A program made the position numbers and the translations under genes. Shown here piece by piece: positions 26,919 through 35,635 of a stretch of DNA of 59,058 nt. The notes beneath the pieces were generated by a model. That model did not search any database, was not told the DNA's origin, and worked only from the letters and a program-made list of their open reading frames with translations. Each line of letters starts with the position of its first letter. The first letter of the stretch is position 1. The stretch covers positions 1 through 59,058 of the forward strand of contig QWQU01000002.1 in the NCBI GenBank assembly GCA_003670735.1. The letters are read 5' to 3'. Origin of the DNA: Chloroflexota bacterium. Its GTDB lineage: Bacteria > Chloroflexota > Dehalococcoidia > UBA2979.

Positions 26919-27965
26919 ATGAATCGGTGCGAGACGCCGCGTCGGCTCGTGCGTGCTCGCACGCCGCTGCGCATCAGCCTCGGCGGTGGTGGCACCGATA
27001 TCGACCCATATCCTCGCGACCATGGCGGGATCGCGCTCACCATCGCAATCGACCTCTACGCGCACGCCGAGCTGATCGCACACCACGAGCCAGCGCCGTT
27101 CTGCGTCGAGTCACGCGACCTCAACCGGAGCGTGTCGTTTGAGTGCGCTCAGGATCTCGAGCTGACGAGCGATCTCGATCTCGCGAAGGCGGCGATCCGT
27201 CGCGTGGCCCCGCACACGTTGCGCGATGGCCTCGAACTGATCACGAGCAGTGACGCCCCGCTCGGATCCGGTCTCGGTGGCTCATCGGCGATGACCGCCA
27301 CGATGCTCGGCGCGCTGCACCACTACATCGGTGATGGGATCGACCATCAGTCGCTCGCCTCTGAAGCGTTCGAGGTAGAGCGCCTCGATGTCGGCCTTGC
27401 TGGCGGGCGCCAGGATCAGTACGCCTGCGTTCACGGCGGTGTGAACCTGATCGAGTTCGACGGCGAGGCCACAGTCGTGCATCCGCTGAGCCTCGATCCG
27501 GCTCAGCTCGACAACCTCGAGCGCTCGCTGCTGCTCTGCGACACCGGCATCACGCGCGTTTCGTCGCCGATCATCGAACGCCAGGTCGCTGCCTACACGC
27601 GCCGCGATGAGGACGTCACCGACGCGCTGCATCGCATCAAGGCGGCAGCGTTCGAGATGCACGATGCGCTGCTTGCGGGCGACCTGCCGAGGCTCGGCGC
27701 GTTCCTCGATGCCAGTTGGACGCAGAAGCAGCGATTCGATCCAGCTGTGACGAATCCCGCGATTGATGCGCTGTACTCGACCGCCCTCGAGGCGGGCGCC
27801 TACGGCGGGAAGCTGCTCGGCGCCGGCGGTGGCGGGCATCTGCTGCTGCTCACGCCGCCCGAACGACGCGAGCAGGTGGCGCAGCGGCTTGCGGCTGTTG
27901 GTGGCACGCCTCGCGTCGTTGGGTTCGACCTCGAGGGGTTCGTCGCGTGGGACGAGACGCTATGA
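26919..27965 (+). CDS. GHMP-family sugar kinase, D-glycero-D-manno-heptose 7-phosphate kinase (HddA)-like
   Basis: The N-terminal ..ARTPLRISLGGGGTDIDPYPRDHGGIALTIAIDLY.. and the GHMP motif ..SSDAPLGSGLGGSSAM.. support the call. ATG 26919 is preferred over GTG 26901. The stop overlaps the gmhA start (ATGA). Confidence 0.75.
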   Translation: MNRCETPRRLVRARTPLRISLGGGGTDIDPYPRDHGGIALTIAIDLYAHAELIAHHEPAPFCVESRDLNRSVSFECAQDLELTSDLDLAKAAIRRVAPHTLRDGLELITSSDAPLGSGLGGSSAMTATMLGALHHYIGDGIDHQSLASEAFEVERLDVGLAGGRQDQYACVHGGVNLIEFDGEATVVHPLSLDPAQLDNLERSLLLCDTGITRVSSPIIERQVAAYTRRDEDVTDALHRIKAAAFEMHDALLAGDLPRLGAFLDASWTQKQRFDPAVTNPAIDALYSTALEAGAYGGKLLGAGGGGHLLLLTPPERREQVAQRLAAVGGTPRVVGFDLEGFVAWDETL

Positions 27966-28561
27966 CGCCGAACAGCGAGCTCACTGGCTTCATTCGCGCT
28001 GAGCTACGCGACCTCGCGCGGCTACTGAGCGAGACCGCTGACTCGGATATCCCCGCTCAGGCTGAGGAGGCGAGTGCATGGTGCCGCGACACGCTCAAGG
28101 CGGGCGGTACGATCTATTACTGCGGCAATGGCGGAAGCCAGGCGGAGGCAATGCACCTTGCTGCCGAGCTCCACGGGCGTCTCGAGTTCGATCGAGCGCC
28201 GCTCGCGGCGCTCGCGATCGGCCTGAACGCGAGCACCTCCTCAGCGATCGGCAACGACTATGGCTTCGAGTTCGCCTTCGCGCGTGAGCTCGCGATCGTA
28301 CGGCCCGGTGACATCGTGTTCGCACTGACCACGAGCGGCCGCTCGCCCAACGTGCATCACGCCATTGCCACTGCGCACGCTCGGGGTGCGCGGGTGATCG
28401 CCGTCACCGGTTCAGGCTCGGACGACCTTGAGGACGCGGACTTGCATCTGCGCATTCCATCCGACCGAACGCGCAATGTGCAGGAGGCATCGCTCGCGAT
28501 TGGGCATCTAATCTGCCTGATCGTGGAGCGCGCTATGCGCGACGAATCTCCGCATCCGTGA
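27962..28561 (+). CDS. gmhA: SIS-domain D-sedoheptulose 7-phosphate isomerase
   Basis: ..GGTIYYCGNGGSQAEAMHLAAEL.. and ..VFALTTSGRSPNV.. and ..GARVIAVTG.. are GmhA/SIS hallmarks. I place the start at ATG 27962, which overlaps the kinase stop. Confidence 0.8.
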   Translation: MTPNSELTGFIRAELRDLARLLSETADSDIPAQAEEASAWCRDTLKAGGTIYYCGNGGSQAEAMHLAAELHGRLEFDRAPLAALAIGLNASTSSAIGNDYGFEFAFARELAIVRPGDIVFALTTSGRSPNVHHAIATAHARGARVIAVTGSGSDDLEDADLHLRIPSDRTRNVQEASLAIGHLICLIVERAMRDESPHP

Positions 28562-29300
28562 TCGCCGCACCCTCGCGGTGATACGAGCCAAGCACGTGCA
28601 GTCGCCACGCTACGCCGAGCGTGTCCCACAGCATCCGTGCCACCTCGCGTGTACTCACTGTCGAGCGGAAGTTGTGCGTGATGCGCACGGGGGCCTCGAC
28701 GACGCGCCGATAGCCGAGGTGTCGCGCTACGGCGAGCAGCTCCACATCGAATGCGAAGCGTTGCACGCTGAGCTGTGGCACCACGTCACGTACAAGCGCA
28801 GCTCGGAACACTTTCACCCCGACTTGCGTGTCGCGCACATCGAGGCGAAAGAGCGCCCGCACCAGTGCGTGGTAGCCGACGCTGTAGGCCCGCCGGATCA
28901 GCGGGTAAGACACCTCGGAACCCGCGTGCCACTTGCTGCCGACGACCGCATCCGCGTCGTGCTCGCGCTGCAACTGGACCAGCGTCGCGAATACCTGTGG
29001 GTCGATGTCGCCGCCTGCGTCGATGAAGCCGATCAGCTCTCCGGACGCGCGCTGCATCCCGAGTATGACCGCAGCGCCCTCGCCGCGATTCTCCTCGAGG
29101 CCTACGGCCTGCACACGCTCGCCCTCGAGTCCACATGCGACCTCGAATGCCTCGCGGTCGCCATCGACGACAATGATCAGCTCGTGGGACGGCTCGCATG
29201 TATCGAGGACGGCGCGGAGTGCGTCGATCTCGTGGGCAAGCGTGGATGCACCGCCGAACACCGGAATCACCACCGACAAGCGGACAGAATCGGTACGCAC
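28533..29300 (-). CDS. family-2 glycosyltransferase
   Basis: 255 aa. The N-terminus is LSVVIPVFGGASTLAHEI. Also present are ..IIVVDGDRE.. (DxD-like) and ..GFIDAGGDIDP.. Confidence 0.8.
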   Translation of the reverse strand: MRTDSVRLSVVIPVFGGASTLAHEIDALRAVLDTCEPSHELIIVVDGDREAFEVACGLEGERVQAVGLEENRGEGAAVILGMQRASGELIGFIDAGGDIDPQVFATLVQLQREHDADAVVGSKWHAGSEVSYPLIRRAYSVGYHALVRALFRLDVRDTQVGVKVFRAALVRDVVPQLSVQRFAFDVELLAVARHLGYRRVVEAPVRITHNFRSTVSTREVARMLWDTLGVAWRLHVLGSYHREGAAITDAEIRRA

Positions 29301-29359
29301 GGAGCCCCCCGTCGTCCCTCACGATCGAGCCGGACTCTACACCGCACAGAGGTGCGCGC

Positions 29360-30298
29360 GTGACGGCGCTCCGTCGTCGCTGGCGCGCAGCGCTGTTCGC
29401 GATCACCGCACTCGTCGTGGTCACGGCGCAGGCCGCTACCGTGATCGCGAGCGAGCCCGCGATCCGCCGCGAGGCAGCCCTCCGACCGGCCGTCGAGGGC
29501 TACGGCGAAGTCCGGGCCACAGCAGTGCCGCAGCCCACAGCCGTCGCCATCGTTATTACCGAGCCCGGCCTGCGCAGCCCCGTGCCCGTCACCAACATCC
29601 AGACCGCGCAAACATCGAGCGGCGCGCTCACCACCATCACCACCGCCGCCCCGAGCGGTGCCAACGCGCGTGTCGAGGTGCCCGCGGGTGCGCTCCCCAA
29701 CGGCGCGCTCGTCCAGCTCGGCGCAATCACCGATCCCACGGCACTGATCGCCGCCTCACCACCACCCGAGTCCGCGCGCGTCTTCGCCGGCTTCCAGCTC
29801 ACCGCCACCCTCGCCGGCGGCCCCCGCATCACCGATGGCTTCGCCAGCCCGATCACGCTGCGCCTCTCACTCGCGGCGCCCCCAACCGGAACCACCGAGC
29901 CGCTCCAATTGGCGTTCTGGAACGGCGCGGAATGGGTCGTCCAACCCGCCACCATCACCCGCTCCGCGAACGGCACGCTCGAGGTCATCGCCCAGCTCGA
30001 CCACTTCACGCTCTTCGCCGTGCTCAGCCAGCCCGAAGCGCCCTTCGCAGGCGCGTTCCCCGCGCCGGGCAGCTACGACACGCCGATCTGGGACGGCCTC
30101 ACGAACACCCCGGTCGCCAGCGCCGCACACCTCCGGCCCGACATCCGAGCCATCTACGCCTACGACCCGGCCAGTCAGACCTGGCGCACCTATATCGAGG
30201 CCGCCCCCAACGCCGCCTCCGAGCAATTCACACTCCGGAACGGTCAGCTCGTGATCGTGCTCACGCTCGCGCCACCCCTCGCAATCACACCTGTGTAG
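29360..30298 (+). CDS. secreted hypothetical protein
   Basis: I place the start at GTG 29360 (VTALRRRWRAALFAITALVVVTAQAATVIA, signal-peptide-like). The remainder is Ala/Thr/Pro-rich. The track start at 29198 overlaps the divergent GT2 gene. Confidence 0.5.
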   Translation: MTALRRRWRAALFAITALVVVTAQAATVIASEPAIRREAALRPAVEGYGEVRATAVPQPTAVAIVITEPGLRSPVPVTNIQTAQTSSGALTTITTAAPSGANARVEVPAGALPNGALVQLGAITDPTALIAASPPPESARVFAGFQLTATLAGGPRITDGFASPITLRLSLAAPPTGTTEPLQLAFWNGAEWVVQPATITRSANGTLEVIAQLDHFTLFAVLSQPEAPFAGAFPAPGSYDTPIWDGLTNTPVASAAHLRPDIRAIYAYDPASQTWRTYIEAAPNAASEQFTLRNGQLVIVLTLAPPLAITPV

Positions 30299-30399
30299 CC
30301 CGCAGCCCCAGTGCGCACGTGGCGCGTATTGGCGAGGCCGGGTGTACGATTCGGCCCCCGAGCGCACGCGCCCAAAGTGACGCCGGGACGGAGTTGTAC

Positions 30400-32103
30400 G
30401 TGGCCGAGACGAGCCCCACGGATCAGCGCCTGCGAGGCAAGACCGCCTCGACAGCCCGCACCGGCTTCGTCGGCGCCATCCAGACCGCCCTCCTCGACGT
30501 TGAACTCCACCACCTCATGGTGTTCCTCGGCATCTTGCTCGGCGTCTTCGTCCGCGCCGACTACATCTTCTCCGCCGACTTCCCGCTCAACGACGGCGGC
30601 CTCTTCTATCAGATGGCCCGTGACCTCCAGGCCAACGGCTTCCGCCTCCCCGCCACCACGCCCTACAACTTCGACACCATCCCCTTCGCCTACCCGCCGC
30701 TCGGCTTCTACCTCAGCGCGCTCATCGACACGCTCACCCCGCTCAGCCTCATGGACGTGTTCCGCTTCCTCCCGCTCGCCGTCACCAGCCTCACCGTGCT
30801 TGCCATGTACCGCCTGGCGCGAGATGTCCTGACCTCGAAGATCGAGGTCGTCGTCGCCGTCTTTGCCTTTGCCCTCGTCCCCCGCAGCTTCATCTGGCTG
30901 CTCATGGGCGGCGGCATCACGCGCTCGCTCGGCCTCCTCTTCGCCATGCTCGCGTTACACCAGATCTATCTGATGTACCGCACTCGCGAGTGGCGCTACG
31001 TCGCCACTTCCGGCGTGCTCGCCGCACTCACGATTCTCAGCCACATCCAGACTGGCTCGTTCCTCGCCTTCAGCAGCGCACTCTTCTTCGTCTCCTACGG
31101 CCTGCACCGCCGGGGCCTCATTCACTCCGCTATCGTCGGCGTCGCCGTCATCGTCCTCACCGCGCCCTACTGGGGCAGCGTCATTGCGATGCACGGCCTG
31201 CAGCCGTTCCTCTCCGCCAACCAGACCGGCGGCTCGATCTTCACCTCCGACGCCGGACTACGAGCATTCCTGATCGAGTCGCTGCTCCGCCTCGGCACCC
31301 TCAGCGAGCCGCTCTTCCCGCTGATCGGCACGCTCGGCTTCCTCGGCGTGCTCGCCTGCATCACCTCGAAGCGCTTCATGCTCCCGGCGTGGTGGGCCGC
31401 GATCATCCTGCTCGACGCGCGCGCCTTCCCCACCTTCTCGACCGTCCCTGTCGCGATGCTCGCCGGCATCGGCCTGGTCGAGGTCGTCCTTCCCATCGCC
31501 GTCCGCCCGCTCGGCAACCGCTGGGCACCAGATCCCGAGGACCTCGACGAGGACGCGCTGCGCTTCGCGGGCGTCTCATCGACCGCCGCCATGCGCTCCT
31601 GGGCGCCCGTCATCCTCGCGATCTTTCTCTGGTACGCGACCAACGGCGCGCTGATGCGCTCGGGCGAGACGCCTTCGCTCGTCGCGCTCTCCCCCGCCGA
31701 GCGCACCGCAATGACCTGGGTGTCCGAGCAGACGCCGAAAGACAGCTCGTTCCTGATCATCACCACCGAGCCCTGGCCCACCGACAAAACGTCCGAGTGG
31801 TTCCCAGTGCTCGCCGACCGCCGCAGCGTCGCCACCCCACAGGGCTACGAGTGGATGCCGGGCAGCACCTTCGAGCGGCGCGTCTGGATGCACGACCAGG
31901 CCAATGGCTGCGCCGATGCCGACGCCACCTGCGTGTCGCAATGGCGCGCCACCACCGGCGTCAGCTACGACTACGTGATGGTGCCGAAGCCGCCCTATGG
32001 GCAGTGTTGCGAGCGTCTGCTGAAGTCGTTGAAGCTCGACTCATCGTTCCGCCCCGTCTATGACGGCCCCGGCGCAACGATCTACCAGTACCTGCGCTAC
32101 TAA
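30400..32103 (+). CDS. GT-C fold membrane glycosyltransferase (GT39/ArnT/PMT-like)
   Basis: This is the real gene inside the 1056-aa track ORF 28933..32103. GTG 30400 follows GGAG by 6 nt. ..ADFPLNDGGLFYQMARDLQANGFRLPATTPYNFDTIPFAYPPLGFYLSALI.. is followed by about 11 more TMs and a soluble C-terminal domain. Confidence 0.65.
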   Translation: MAETSPTDQRLRGKTASTARTGFVGAIQTALLDVELHHLMVFLGILLGVFVRADYIFSADFPLNDGGLFYQMARDLQANGFRLPATTPYNFDTIPFAYPPLGFYLSALIDTLTPLSLMDVFRFLPLAVTSLTVLAMYRLARDVLTSKIEVVVAVFAFALVPRSFIWLLMGGGITRSLGLLFAMLALHQIYLMYRTREWRYVATSGVLAALTILSHIQTGSFLAFSSALFFVSYGLHRRGLIHSAIVGVAVIVLTAPYWGSVIAMHGLQPFLSANQTGGSIFTSDAGLRAFLIESLLRLGTLSEPLFPLIGTLGFLGVLACITSKRFMLPAWWAAIILLDARAFPTFSTVPVAMLAGIGLVEVVLPIAVRPLGNRWAPDPEDLDEDALRFAGVSSTAAMRSWAPVILAIFLWYATNGALMRSGETPSLVALSPAERTAMTWVSEQTPKDSSFLIITTEPWPTDKTSEWFPVLADRRSVATPQGYEWMPGSTFERRVWMHDQANGCADADATCVSQWRATTGVSYDYVMVPKPPYGQCCERLLKSLKLDSSFRPVYDGPGATIYQYLRY

Positions 32104-32148
32104 TACGAGTTCGTCGAGGCCGCAAGCGCCTCGACCAGATGCGGCGAG

Positions 32149-33180
32149 CTACGCGCTCGGAATGAGGTGCAGTGGCGCGCGAGCCTCCTGCGGCTCGTTC
32201 GAGGTCTGCGCCACAGTCAGCGCCGCATCGTCGACACCACCCGACAGCAACCGCAGGATCGAGCGCATGCTCGACTGCCCCACCGGTGCCGGGCACGCCG
32301 TCGCGATCGCCTCTTCCACTGCGTGCAGCACCGCCGCCTCGCGCAGTGCGAAGCGAGCGTCCAGCGCCTCACCATCGAGGATGCGCGCCGTGCGCTGCGC
32401 CTCGAACGCGAGCATGTCCGGGTCACGCAGCACCGAGCGCTCCGCCGCACCGTTGCGCGGCGAGAGCATCACGCGCGACTCACCATCGACACTCTCGAGG
32501 TCAATCGAACCATTCGAGGTCGCCGCGTGCAGTCGCATCCGCCGCGACGTCTCGCCATAGATCGTCACCGTCGCCAGCGAACCATCGACGCCGCGCAACT
32601 GCACAGCAATCGTCGTCGGCTCCTCGCGATCCACACCGGCAATCGAGGCAATCGCCTCGACCGGCGCGTGCTCCAATAGTCGTGTCGCCGCAGCCACGCC
32701 GTCGCGCAGAATCTGCGCCGCCGGCCGCTCATCCCACAGCTCGAGCGTGAACACCTCAGGCGTCCAGCGTGGATCTGCATCGATCAGGTCACTCACAAAG
32801 CCGAGCCCCGCCGTGCGCAGCATCGGCCGCAGCACCGCTAGCGCCCCGCCATGGCGGAACGACGCCGTCGCCGCCGCCTGCATCGCCTCGGCATCGAGGT
32901 GGTCACCAAGCAGCAGCAGATCCGCGCCCCGCACCGTCGCGAGTGTCGCGAGGTCGTCCGCGCGCTCCGGCGCAGCCAGCAGCAGCGCATCGAAGTCCAC
33001 GTCGATCACCATCTGGCGCAGATGCTGGAAGCACGACAGCTTCGTCGCCGCCCGCGCCCGCACCAGGTTCGAGGCGTACTGATCGCCAACTGCGATCACC
33101 TCAAGCCGTGCATGCTCGCGCAGCGCCTGCAGCAATGCGCTCGCGTCGTCTTCCCACCCGCTGACCACGAGTCGTTCCAT
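32149..33180 (-). CDS. Gfo/Idh/MocA-like protein with degenerate dinucleotide-binding motif
   Basis: I place the start at ATG 33180 (MERLVVSGWEDDASALLQALREHARLEVIAVGD..). The layout matches the Gfo/Idh/MocA N-domain, but GxGxxG is replaced by SGWEDD. The track ORF extends to 33594 through repeat copy B. Confidence 0.45.
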   Translation of the reverse strand: MERLVVSGWEDDASALLQALREHARLEVIAVGDQYASNLVRARAATKLSCFQHLRQMVIDVDFDALLLAAPERADDLATLATVRGADLLLLGDHLDAEAMQAAATASFRHGGALAVLRPMLRTAGLGFVSDLIDADPRWTPEVFTLELWDERPAAQILRDGVAAATRLLEHAPVEAIASIAGVDREEPTTIAVQLRGVDGSLATVTIYGETSRRMRLHAATSNGSIDLESVDGESRVMLSPRNGAAERSVLRDPDMLAFEAQRTARILDGEALDARFALREAAVLHAVEEAIATACPAPVGQSSMRSILRLLSGGVDDAALTVAQTSNEPQEARAPLHLIPSA

Positions 33181-33466
33181 GCGCGCAGTCTCGTCGTTGT
33201 CCGGGCTCCCCCTGATCAGGAAGACCACGTACTCCCCCCGCGGGAAACCCCGACGAACCACCGCAGAACGCCTGACTTCGTCGGTGCACCTGCTGCCGCT
33301 CAACGTCTGATCCACACACCTAGCGACGTGTGCGCGCACACCTCGAACATGCACCGAGCATTCCAATCGCACGACACATCCGAGGCATCCCGCCACACAA
33401 CCGAGCGTCATCCAGTAGTCATGCCCGGGCTCACGACTCCGACGGGGTTCGGGGCGAAGCACGAGA

Positions 33467-33654
33467 GGAGCGCGAGGGCGCAGCCCTCGCACAAGGGCGG
33501 GAGGGTGGGCGAAGCACTGTCCGGGCGCCGCCAGCGCCCCGGCCTCGAGCGCAGCTCGCAGCTCGAGCCGTCCGGCAGCGGCAACACATGCCACCTCGAA
33601 CGATGCGTATACAGAGACCGAAACAAGAAGCTGGGCGAAAAGAGGCGAAGCCTC
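33467..33654 (+). repeat. structured intergenic repeat, copy B
   Basis: It has the same architecture as copy A. The H1 loop is gca and the G-tract is GGGCGGGAGGGTGGG. H2 is CCGGGCGC/GCGCcCCGG and H3 is CTCGAGC/GCTCGAG. The tail GCTGGGCGAAAAGAGGCGAAGCCTC overlaps the CBS gene stop. Confidence 0.7.
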
Positions 33655-34102
33655 AGGCGACGTTCCGGTCCGGCAGCGCCGAGCTAAGCAGTCCGCGCAT
33701 CAGATCGTTAGACGTCACGATCCCAATCACCAGACCGCGCTCATCCACCACCGGCAAACACGAGATATGCCGGTCGATCAGCGTCGCCGCCGCCTCCAAC
33801 ACACTCGCCTCGGGCCCGATCGTCGCCGGGTGATACGTCGCCACCTGGAACACCGGCTTCAGCAACGTCCGACTGTCACGAGGCTGCTCCCCGATCGTCC
33901 CCAGGAACGGTGAGATCGCCCGCAGCACATCGCGGTCAGACACGACCGCAACCGGCTTCCCATCCGCCAGGATCAGCAGGTGATGCACACCACGCGTATG
34001 GAGCAGATCGCGCGCCGTCAGCAGCGAAGCCTCGGCCTCAATCGTCACCACCGGTGACGACATCACTGCCCCAACCGTGAGCTCATCAAGTCCAAACGTC
34101 AT
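33653..34102 (-). CDS. CBS-domain pair protein
   Basis: 149 aa with two CBS motifs (..VMSSPVVTIEAEASLLTARDLLHTRGVHHLLIL.. and ..LIDRHISCLPVVDERGLVIGIVTSNDLM..). Confidence 0.8.
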   Translation of the reverse strand: MTFGLDELTVGAVMSSPVVTIEAEASLLTARDLLHTRGVHHLLILADGKPVAVVSDRDVLRAISPFLGTIGEQPRDSRTLLKPVFQVATYHPATIGPEASVLEAAATLIDRHISCLPVVDERGLVIGIVTSNDLMRGLLSSALPDRNVA

Positions 34103-34227
34103 ATCCGTGGCCCTCAGCGCTACTGCGCGCTCTCGTCAGAATCGGCACATGACACGCAATTCCGAAGCCCCCGAAGTGCGGACAGCATCCCGACAACAAA
34201 ACCCGCAGAAGTTCCGCTCGAAACCCC

Positions 34228-34254
34228 TACGGCACCCCAGACGCCTGCCGATGA
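34228..34254 (+). promoter_or_regulatory. possible sigma-28 (FliA)-type promoter upstream of flagellin
   Basis: The -10-like element GCCGATGA lies at 34247..34254 (consensus GCCGATAA). The -35 element is weak: tacg versus TAAA, 15 nt upstream. This is pattern match only. Confidence 0.3.
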
Positions 34255-34362
34255 TTCCCGTGAGGTTCCACCTAGGGGTTCCTCCCCAATGTCAGCGAGG
34301 GGTTCGCTGACGAACTGCCCCGGCACGGATGCCGCGGGTCTACGGACAAGGGAGTCCACGCA

Positions 34363-35544
34363 ATGCCGCTGGTCATTAACACAAACACGCAGGCCCTCAA
34401 CGCTCAGCGAAACCTGGGCATCACGGGCGGCAAGATGGGCAAGGCCCTCGAGCAGTTGTCGTCTGGTCTGCGCATCAACCGCGCCGCCGACGACGCCGCC
34501 GGCCTGGCCATCAGCGAGAAGCTGCGTTCGCAGGTCCGGGGTTTGACCCAGGGTGCCCGCAACGCGCAGGACGGCATCTCGATGCTGCAGACTGCTGAAG
34601 GCGCGCTGAACGAGGTCACCTCGATGCTCCAGCGCATGCGCGAGCTGTCGGTCCAGGCTGGTAACTCCACCCTGGGCGCCGCAGACCGCACGGCCGTCGG
34701 CGAAGAAATGCTGACCCTGAAGAACGAGATCGACAACACGGCCAGCCGCACCAAGTTCAACGGCCTCGCGCTGCTGACCGGTGCCCTGTCCACGTCGCAG
34801 TCCGGTGGTACCGCAATCGTCGGTCTCGCCATGAACACGACCACGACGTCCTCGATCTCCAGCATCGACGTCAGCAAGCTGAAGTCGGGCACGACCTACA
34901 CCCTGTCGAAGGTCAGCGCCACGGTTGTGCGCCTGACGGACGGCACGAACTCGGTCGACGCCACCGTCGGTGCGATCGGTGCGACCGGTCAGGAGACCAT
35001 CACCTTCACCGGTGCCCTCCAGGCGAGCATCACCATCGTCGGCGCTGCCGCGAAGGCCGCCACTGACATCGGCACCGACCTCGACACCAAGACCATCATC
35101 ACGGCCGCCGGCTCCGGCACCGCGTCGTACCAGGTCGGTGCGCAGGCATCGGACACGATCTCGGTGGGCTACGCCAACATGCAGTCGACCGCCATCGGTA
35201 CCGGTGGTTCCCAGATCGGCGTCCTCATCACCGACAACACCTCGGTGTCGTCAGTGGCGAAGGCCAACACGCTCCTGTCCTCGGTCGACCAGGCCATCCA
35301 GGACGTGAGCACCCAGCGCGCCAAGTTTGGTGCGGCGCAGAACCAGATCGAGGCTGCGATTAACAGCCTTGGTGTGGCCGCTGAGAACCTGTCGGCGTCT
35401 GAGTCGCGCATCCGCGACGCGGACATCGCTGAAGTGTCGACCCGTCTGGTGTCGGCGCAGATCATGCAGCAGGCCGGTGTGTCCGTCCTGTCGCAGGCCA
35501 ACAGCTCGGCGCAGGTCGTCACGACGCTGCTCCAGCGCATGTAG
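34363..35544 (+). CDS. fliC: flagellin
   Basis: 393 aa. The N-terminus (MPLVINTNTQALNAQRNLG..LSSGLRINRAADDAAGLAISEKLRSQ..) and C-terminus (..ESRIRDADIAEVSTRLVSAQIMQQAGVSVLSQANSSAQVVTTLLQ) are conserved D0/D1 regions. The central domain is Ser/Thr/Ala-rich. AAGGGAG precedes the ATG. Confidence 0.92.
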   Translation: MPLVINTNTQALNAQRNLGITGGKMGKALEQLSSGLRINRAADDAAGLAISEKLRSQVRGLTQGARNAQDGISMLQTAEGALNEVTSMLQRMRELSVQAGNSTLGAADRTAVGEEMLTLKNEIDNTASRTKFNGLALLTGALSTSQSGGTAIVGLAMNTTTTSSISSIDVSKLKSGTTYTLSKVSATVVRLTDGTNSVDATVGAIGATGQETITFTGALQASITIVGAAAKAATDIGTDLDTKTIITAAGSGTASYQVGAQASDTISVGYANMQSTAIGTGGSQIGVLITDNTSVSSVAKANTLLSSVDQAIQDVSTQRAKFGAAQNQIEAAINSLGVAAENLSASESRIRDADIAEVSTRLVSAQIMQQAGVSVLSQANSSAQVVTTLLQRM

Positions 35545-35586
35545 TAGCTCTCCCTCGTCCCTGGGCGAGGGGTTGCAACAAATACG

Positions 35587-35618
35587 AAGCCCCCGGCTCA
35601 CGCCGGGGGCTTTGTTGT
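35587..35618 (+). terminator. rho-independent terminator after flagellin (possibly bidirectional)
   Basis: aaGCCCCCGGC-tcac-GCCGGGGGCtttgttgtg, a 9-bp GC stem plus a T-rich tail. It sits between the convergent genes fliC and 35636..36697. Confidence 0.75.
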
Positions 35619-35635
35619 GCATCGAATGATTCGAA

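Noticed and set aside
28933-30399. N-terminal ~490 aa of the 1056-aa ORF 28933..32103
   Set aside because: This part is Arg/Pro/Ala-rich high-GC off-frame composition. It overlaps the GT2 gene (minus) and the secreted-protein gene (plus, another frame). The credible membrane protein starts at GTG 30400, behind a GGAG.
33181-33594. N-terminal extensions of three track ORFs (32149..33594, 35636..37003, 36579..37805) containing ..GQCFAHPPALVRG.. or ..PPLCEGxALA.. peptides
   Set aside because: The shared peptides are simply translations of the intergenic repeat copies B and C. Better starts with Shine-Dalgarno sequences exist downstream at 33180, 36697 and 37056.
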